DNA of 64,000 bases from Alphaproteobacteria bacterium (GTDB lineage: Bacteria > Pseudomonadota > Alphaproteobacteria > SMXP01): NCBI GenBank assembly GCA_965248815.1, contig CBDFKK010000008.1, forward strand, positions 3,061,290 through 3,125,289, written 5' to 3'. The notes under the pieces were generated by a model that saw nothing but the letters and a program-made list of their open reading frames with translations, did not search any database and was not told the origin of the DNA. Position 1 is the first letter of the stretch. Every line of letters begins with the position of its first letter. The position numbers and the translations under genes are program-made. Of this stretch, positions 58,560-64,000 are shown piece after piece.

Positions 58560-60209
58560 TTAATAGAGACCTAAAGTCTGCATGGTTGAAGGACCGGCAA
58601 TGCCATCGACCTCCAGATTTTCTTCTGATTGCACGGCTTCGACGGCATCCTCAACGTCGCTTGAGTAGACACCGTCAATGGGACCGTCATAGGCTCCAGC
58701 CTCTTTGAGGGCTTCTTGTAGGCGCTCAACTTCAAATCCTTTATCGCCGTTTTGCAGCAAATATAGGCCGCGCTTGCCTTTTTGAGCATTGTAGAGCCGC
58801 TGCTTCGTGCTTTTAAGATACGAGCTGCGCTGCTCAGGGGCGGCAGAGGCAACCGACATTTGGTCGCGCTCTACGCGCAACGCCTCGATTTTGTTGTCTA
58901 ATCTTTGGTCGTTGAGAACCGAGTTATCGGCTTCAACGTCTTCGGCCAAAGACGCCATCATCTCATCAGCCACTTCGAAATTGCCGGCTTCATATTGAGA
59001 GATGGCAGCCGTATGGAGCCGCTCCGCCTCGAAGAGGCGCGCCTCAACAAGTACTTCATTGTTAGTGGCAGCAGCAGCCCTGTTTTTGTCATCTGTCAGC
59101 TCAACGGTCACTCTCGAGATGAATTCTTCAACAAGCCCTGTTTCCGCCTCTTTGTAGGTAAAGGAGATCTCACCAATGCCTACGTTGCCACTGTGATCTT
59201 CGAATAAGCCCTCTTCCGGCTCAATTCTGAGCAACAGTGACCGTTTTTCGCCGGCGTAGAAGTCTTCCATATCAAAATCCGACGACCCAGGCTCTTCTGC
59301 AGAGCCGAAACTGACGACTTGAACGTCCTTGATGCCCTGCGCCGCTGAGAATTCGAAACGAACGTCCTTGGCGACAGTCGTAAAAAGCGTTCGTAATTCT
59401 TGCTCGAAAATGCGTGCCATCTGGTTGGGGTGTTCGATGTAGTAGTATGTACCGCCAGCATATTCCGCGATGGCTTGCATTAAGTCCTCGTCATAATCGC
59501 GTCCGAGACCCATGGTCGAAATACGGACGCCGTCTTTTTTCGCGGCCCGAACTAGCCGACGAATTTCTCGAGGATCCGTAACCCCTTGATTTGCTAAGCC
59601 ATCCGACAGCAGGAGCACGCGGCTGATGGTTTTATCACTCTCAATATCGTCCAAACGATCTTGAACCTCATCCACTCCTCTCATCATCCCGCCCACGAGG
59701 TTAGTCGAACCGCGGGGCTCAAGGGCATCGATAAGCCGCTTAATGGGATAGGTAGATTCGACTCGGGCGGACGGCCACATCACCGTGATTTGGTCGTCAT
59801 ATTCCACAATGGAGAGATAGTCCTTGCCGGACAGACGGTCGACGGCCATTTTTGCCGCCTTTTTGAGGTATTCGATCTTGCCAGTATCCTCCATCGAGCC
59901 GGAGCGATCCAAAACCAATGAGAGATTAAGTGGCGGACGTCTTTCGGGATACCGATGAAGAACCTCCATTGCCTCAAACCGCACCAACACAAAGATGGGT
60001 TCGGTTTGACCGCTCAACACGACGGGCCGATCAATTTCGACAAGTGGGGTCACCGATTGCACGGGCTTGGCATTTGCCGTCTCTATGACATTGCCGGCAG
60101 CAAAGAAACTCGCCACCCCCAATGCCAAGCCTGCTACAAATCCGCGCTTTCTAAGGCTTTGTGATCTAAGCGTCTGATTTTGTCCGTTCATGGAGTTCTC
60201 CTGACTCAT
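58560..60209 (-). CDS. VWA domain protein with a C-terminal peptidoglycan-binding domain
   Basis: Signal/TM region, MIDAS LVLDRSGSM...LLSDGLAN, and the C-terminal PG_binding_1-like LQEALKEAGAYDGPIDGVYS...GIAGPSTMQ. Confidence 0.75.
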   Translation of the reverse strand: MSQENSMNGQNQTLRSQSLRKRGFVAGLALGVASFFAAGNVIETANAKPVQSVTPLVEIDRPVVLSGQTEPIFVLVRFEAMEVLHRYPERRPPLNLSLVLDRSGSMEDTGKIEYLKKAAKMAVDRLSGKDYLSIVEYDDQITVMWPSARVESTYPIKRLIDALEPRGSTNLVGGMMRGVDEVQDRLDDIESDKTISRVLLLSDGLANQGVTDPREIRRLVRAAKKDGVRISTMGLGRDYDEDLMQAIAEYAGGTYYYIEHPNQMARIFEQELRTLFTTVAKDVRFEFSAAQGIKDVQVVSFGSAEEPGSSDFDMEDFYAGEKRSLLLRIEPEEGLFEDHSGNVGIGEISFTYKEAETGLVEEFISRVTVELTDDKNRAAAATNNEVLVEARLFEAERLHTAAISQYEAGNFEVADEMMASLAEDVEADNSVLNDQRLDNKIEALRVERDQMSVASAAPEQRSSYLKSTKQRLYNAQKGKRGLYLLQNGDKGFEVERLQEALKEAGAYDGPIDGVYSSDVEDAVEAVQSEENLEVDGIAGPSTMQTLGLY

Positions 60210-60700
60210 AGCAGCGGTTCTGACCTAAATTTGCGGCCGCAGATTCATTGTTTCGTGAAACAAGCGCAAGCTAGGCGCCGAATGTGGCGCCCCTATGCGA
60301 GGAATGAGGCATGAATGTGACTTCGACAACGAGTTCGGCGTTTAACGAACGCGATTGAATTAATACGCACACGCACCATAGACGTCATGGACACCAAAGT
60401 GACGATTTCGCCACTTGCACAACATTTTTTTAAGCCGAATTGAAGAAGTGAACAAACAACTCTTAAAAGAGGCCGAATCGGCTGATACATTTGAGAATCG
60501 GCTGTGTCTTCACATTGAAAAGACAATGCTGCGCTGCAACCACGCATGCGCAGCGGGGATTCTTGGGGTCAACTACCAAGTCACCTCGGTCCTAATGTCG
60601 CCAAAGTTCATTGGCAACATTAGGTAAATAAGCACGACCAAAAACAAAGGTCGGCGCAACTATGTCAAAAAGGGGAAGACGAAACGTGAAGTGTGCCTAT

Positions 60701-60715
60701 TGGGCATTGTTTTGC
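60701..60715 (+). promoter_or_regulatory. candidate sigma-54 (-24/-12) promoter TGGGCA-N5-TTGC upstream of prkA
   Basis: GG and GC are spaced as in the consensus TGGCAC-N5-TTGC. It lies ~130 bp upstream of the prkA ATG within a 640-bp leader. Confidence 0.3.
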
Positions 60716-60847
60716 GCGCTAACCACGGTTCGCCAAACCAAATGTTGGGAGCTGCGTATAGATTTAAGAGATCTTTATGGATTGACGCCTAAGTTTACTA
60801 TGATGATCTAAAGCGCATACTTGTCATACCTAAGCGAGATTATTGCC

Positions 60848-62782
60848 ATGGAAGTGTTTGACGCTTTTTCGAAATCCTACAGTCGCGAAAAACATGAGAC
60901 GATGAGTCTAAGAGACTATCTCTTGGCTTGCCGCGACGATCCTATGATGTACGCCTCGTCGGCGGAGCGCCTGATCAATGCGATCGGTGAACCGGAATAT
61001 GTTGACACAAGCAAAGATCAACGACTCTCGCGCGTCTTTTTCAATCGTACGATCAAACGTTACAAATCGTTCTCCAATTTCTACGGCATGGAAGATACGA
61101 TTGAGCGGATCGTCGGCTATTTCACCTATGCCGCCCAAGGTTTGGAAGAGCGACGTCAAATTCTGTATCTCTTGGGGCCCGTCGGCGGCGGCAAGTCTTC
61201 GCTTGCGGAACGCTTGAAGGAGTTGATGGAAGTCAACCCGATCTATGCACTCAAAGCAGGCGATCAAATCAGTCCCGTTTTTGAATCCCCCCTCGGGCTT
61301 TTCCGCTCGGAGGAAATGGAAGACTTGCTTGAAGAAAAATATGGCATCGAACGGCGGCGACTAATCGGCATAATGTCACCGTGGGCCTTCAAGCGATTGG
61401 ACGAATTCAATGGTGACATTTCCAAATTTGAAGTCGTCCGGCTTTATCCCTCAAAGCTCCGCCAAATCGGAATTTGCAAGACCGAACCGGGCGATGAAAA
61501 CAACCAAGACATTTCCGCCCTTGTCGGTAAAGTCGACATCAGAAAGTTAGAGCACTACAGCCAAGATGATCCCGACGTATATAGTTTCTCCGGCGGCTTG
61601 TGCCGTGCCAACCAAGGCCTTCTCGAATTTGTCGAGATGTTCAAGGCACCCATCAAAGTGTTGCATCCGTTGCTCACGGCCACCCAAGAAAGCAACTATA
61701 TAGGTACTGAAGCTCTTGGACCGATCCCATTCCAAGGACTCGTGCTCGCGCACTCCAACGAATCTGAGTGGCAGCTCTTCAAGAACAATAAGAACAACGA
61801 AGCGTTCTTGGATCGCATTTCAGTCATCAAGGTGCCTTACTGTCTCCGGGCGACCGAAGAGTCCGCGATCTACCACAAGCTGTTGAAGGGGAGCGAGCTT
61901 GGCAACGCGACATGCGCGCCCGAGACATTGGAAATGTTGGCGCGCTTTTCAGTCATGACGCGTCTCAAGGAGCATGAAAACTCAGGTCTGTTTTCCAAGA
62001 TGCGTGTCTACGATGGTGACAAGCTCAAAGATACGGACCCCAAGGCCAAATCCGTTCAAGAGTATCGGGACGCGGCCGGTGTCGATGAAGGAATGAATGG
62101 AATCAGCACCAGATTTGCATTCAAAGTTCTGTCTGCGACGTTTAACTACGATACCGAGGAACTGGCCGCCGATCCTGTACATCTTATGTACATTCTTGAA
62201 CAAGCGATCCGCCGCGAACAATTTCCGGAAGAGATTGAAAAGCGCTATTTGGACTTTATAAAGTCCGAGCTCAGCCAGCGCTATGCAGAATTCATAGGAA
62301 ATGAGATTCAAAAGGCCTATCTCGAGTCCTATGGTGAATACGGCCAAAACTTGTTTGATCGCTACATCTCATATGCCGACGCTTGGATCGAGGATCAAGA
62401 TCACAAAGATTCGGACACCGGCCAGCTCCTCGACCGACAAGCGATTGATGCGGAATTGTCCAAAATTGAAAAGCCCGCTGGTATTGCGAACCCCAAAGAT
62501 TTCCGAAATGAGGTGGTTAAGTTTGCTCTTAGAGCTCGCGCCGACAATAGCGGCACAAATCCACCGTGGACATCCTATGAAAAGCTCCGCAACGTCATTG
62601 AAAAACGCATGTTCAGCCAAGTTGAAGATCTGCTACCGGTGATCAGTTTCGAATCCAAGAAAGACAGCAATACTGAACAGAAACACAAGGAGTTCGTCGA
62701 AAGGATGTTGTCCCGGAAGTACACTGAACGGCAGGTCCGACGTCTTGTCGAGTGGTACATGCGTGTCGATAAGGCAGGCTAA
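60848..62782 (+). CDS. prkA: PrkA family serine protein kinase
   Basis: Walker A GPVGGGKSS and strong overall PrkA/YeaG pattern. Start at MEVFDAF, analogous to the YeaG N-terminus. Confidence 0.85.
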   Translation: MEVFDAFSKSYSREKHETMSLRDYLLACRDDPMMYASSAERLINAIGEPEYVDTSKDQRLSRVFFNRTIKRYKSFSNFYGMEDTIERIVGYFTYAAQGLEERRQILYLLGPVGGGKSSLAERLKELMEVNPIYALKAGDQISPVFESPLGLFRSEEMEDLLEEKYGIERRRLIGIMSPWAFKRLDEFNGDISKFEVVRLYPSKLRQIGICKTEPGDENNQDISALVGKVDIRKLEHYSQDDPDVYSFSGGLCRANQGLLEFVEMFKAPIKVLHPLLTATQESNYIGTEALGPIPFQGLVLAHSNESEWQLFKNNKNNEAFLDRISVIKVPYCLRATEESAIYHKLLKGSELGNATCAPETLEMLARFSVMTRLKEHENSGLFSKMRVYDGDKLKDTDPKAKSVQEYRDAAGVDEGMNGISTRFAFKVLSATFNYDTEELAADPVHLMYILEQAIRREQFPEEIEKRYLDFIKSELSQRYAEFIGNEIQKAYLESYGEYGQNLFDRYISYADAWIEDQDHKDSDTGQLLDRQAIDAELSKIEKPAGIANPKDFRNEVVKFALRARADNSGTNPPWTSYEKLRNVIEKRMFSQVEDLLPVISFESKKDSNTEQKHKEFVERMLSRKYTERQVRRLVEWYMRVDKAG

Positions 62783-62841
62783 AGGCCGAATTCGGCGCAC
62801 GCGAGAACGGTCCGAGTAGGCGTCATGAGAATGGCTTTTGA

Positions 62842-64000
62842 ATGACCTATTTCATCGATCGACGCCTTAATCCGAAAGGAAAGAGTATCGGTAACCGGCA
62901 GCGGTTTATTAAGCGTGCGCGGGCGCAAATTAAAGAAGCTGTTCAGAAGTCGTTGAAGGACCGCACCGTTTCGGATTTCGAAAGCGAACAAGAAATCACA
63001 ATTCCTACCAAAGGAACCGAGGAACCACGGTTTCGCTTATCCAGTTCAGGCGGTACCCGAGATGGCATTCATCCCGGCAACAAAGAATTCGTCGAAGGCG
63101 ACGAGATTAAAAAGAAGCGTTCTGGCAGCGGCAACGGATCGGGCAAAGAAGCCAGCGATAGCGGTGAAGGCGAGGACAGCTTCCAATTTACGCTAACGCA
63201 AGAAGAAATCCTCGACCTCTTTTTTGAGGACCTCGAACTGCCCAACCTCGTCAAAACGTCCCTAAAGGAAATCAAGCGAACTAAATATAAGCGCGCTGGC
63301 CTTACAACCGGAGGCACACCAAACAATATCAACTTGTTGCGGACCATGCGCAATTCCTATGGCCGGCGTATTGCGCTGAAACGCCCTAGCAGCGGAGATG
63401 TTGCATTGCTTCGAGATGAATTATTCATGCTGGAGCGAAAAGCTGAGCCGTCACCGAAGGAGAACGCCCGCAAACAACAGCTTATCGAACAAATTGCGCG
63501 CCTAGAAGCCAAACGACGAGGCGTTCCCTACATCGATCCGATCGATGTCCGCTACAATGCCTTTGAGCCCACACCCATTCAGACCAGCCAAGCCGTCATG
63601 TTCTGTCTCATGGACGTGTCGGGCTCCATGGGCGAACGCGAGAAAGATCTAGCAAAGAGATTCTACATTCTTTTGCACCTCTTTCTCAAAAGACGATATG
63701 AAAAAGTCGATATCGTCTTTATCCGGCATACACATGAAGCGCAAGAAGTCGATGAACAAACTTTTTTCTACAGTCGGCAGAGCGGAGGTACAATCGTCAG
63801 CACGGCTCTAGAAGAAATGTTGACCATCACAGAAGATAGATACGTTACCAGCGATTGGAATATCTACGTCGCGCAAGCCTCCGACGGTTACACGCAATCG
63901 GGCGACGCCCAATACTGTGTCGATCTGTTGATCGAAAAAATCATGCCGATCAGCCAGTATTATGCCTATATCGAGATTCTAGATGAGCGGGAAAAGGAAG
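62842..64000 (+). CDS. yeaH: YeaH/YhbH (DUF444, UPF0229) protein, 3'-partial at the window end
   Basis: MTYFIDRRLNPKGKSIGNRQRF N-terminus and the VWA-like MIDAS DVSGSMG. The ORF has no stop inside the window, so it is absent from the ORF track. Confidence 0.8.
   Translation, partial: MTYFIDRRLNPKGKSIGNRQRFIKRARAQIKEAVQKSLKDRTVSDFESEQEITIPTKGTEEPRFRLSSSGGTRDGIHPGNKEFVEGDEIKKKRSGSGNGSGKEASDSGEGEDSFQFTLTQEEILDLFFEDLELPNLVKTSLKEIKRTKYKRAGLTTGGTPNNINLLRTMRNSYGRRIALKRPSSGDVALLRDELFMLERKAEPSPKENARKQQLIEQIARLEAKRRGVPYIDPIDVRYNAFEPTPIQTSQAVMFCLMDVSGSMGEREKDLAKRFYILLHLFLKRRYEKVDIVFIRHTHEAQEVDEQTFFYSRQSGGTIVSTALEEMLTITEDRYVTSDWNIYVAQASDGYTQSGDAQYCVDLLIEKIMPISQYYAYIEILDEREKE

Noticed and set aside
1-64000. 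CRISPR arrays, tRNA/rRNA genes, prophage or integron structures
   Set aside because: No regularly spaced direct repeats, no tRNA-like cloverleaf candidates in the intergenic regions inspected, and no phage structural genes were found.

Overview
This is a 64-kb chromosomal segment with GC of roughly 57-58%. It encodes alphaproteobacterial hallmark genes: a PodJ-like polarity factor, a TSUP transporter overlapping a TIGR02186-like protein, and a class I lysyl-tRNA synthetase. Coding density is high on both strands.

Recognisable modules:
- A MerR(LiuR-like)-controlled beta-oxidation operon: two acyl-CoA dehydrogenases, then fadA and fadB.
- The four-gene ligase-associated DNA-damage-response cluster: PdeM phosphoesterase, Lhr-like DEXH helicase, MBL exonuclease and ATP-dependent ligase.
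- A prkA-yeaH stress operon; yeaH runs off the 3' end of the window.
- A TetR / TlpA-thioredoxin / BNR-repeat operon behind an AT-rich palindromic operator region.
- A probable iron- or heme-related periplasmic cluster: a CbiX-like chelatase, a TonB-dependent receptor, a DUF1111 di-heme protein and a C1q-like protein.
- Single genes for pyrD, an MFS and a MATE transporter, a VWA protein with a peptidoglycan-binding domain, and a group II truncated hemoglobin.

The most striking property, read directly from the sequence, is a high density of gene-inactivating lesions in otherwise conserved genes:
- The PodJ-like gene is split by a perfect 11-bp tandem duplication.
- The TonB-dependent receptor is broken at two C/G homopolymers.
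- Single in-frame TAA codons interrupt a YfbK-like VWA gene and a hotdog thioesterase, the latter just after its catalytic motif.
- An intact IS3-family element splits a small membrane/YbjN-like gene.
- Several gene remnants are present: a resolvase catalytic domain only, a PPOX fragment and an alpha/beta-hydrolase C-terminus.

No CRISPR array, tRNA, rRNA, prophage or canonical defence system was recognised. The best candidates for novelty are:
- A lower-GC patch (about 1.8-3.6 kb) carrying a signal peptidase I fused to a large polytopic N-domain, next to a resolvase remnant.
- A small locus (12.2-14.4 kb) with a low-GC orphan ORF, a stand-alone DEDDh exonuclease and a DUF4357-like protein.

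All functional calls come from reading motifs in the translated ORFs; no database search was possible.
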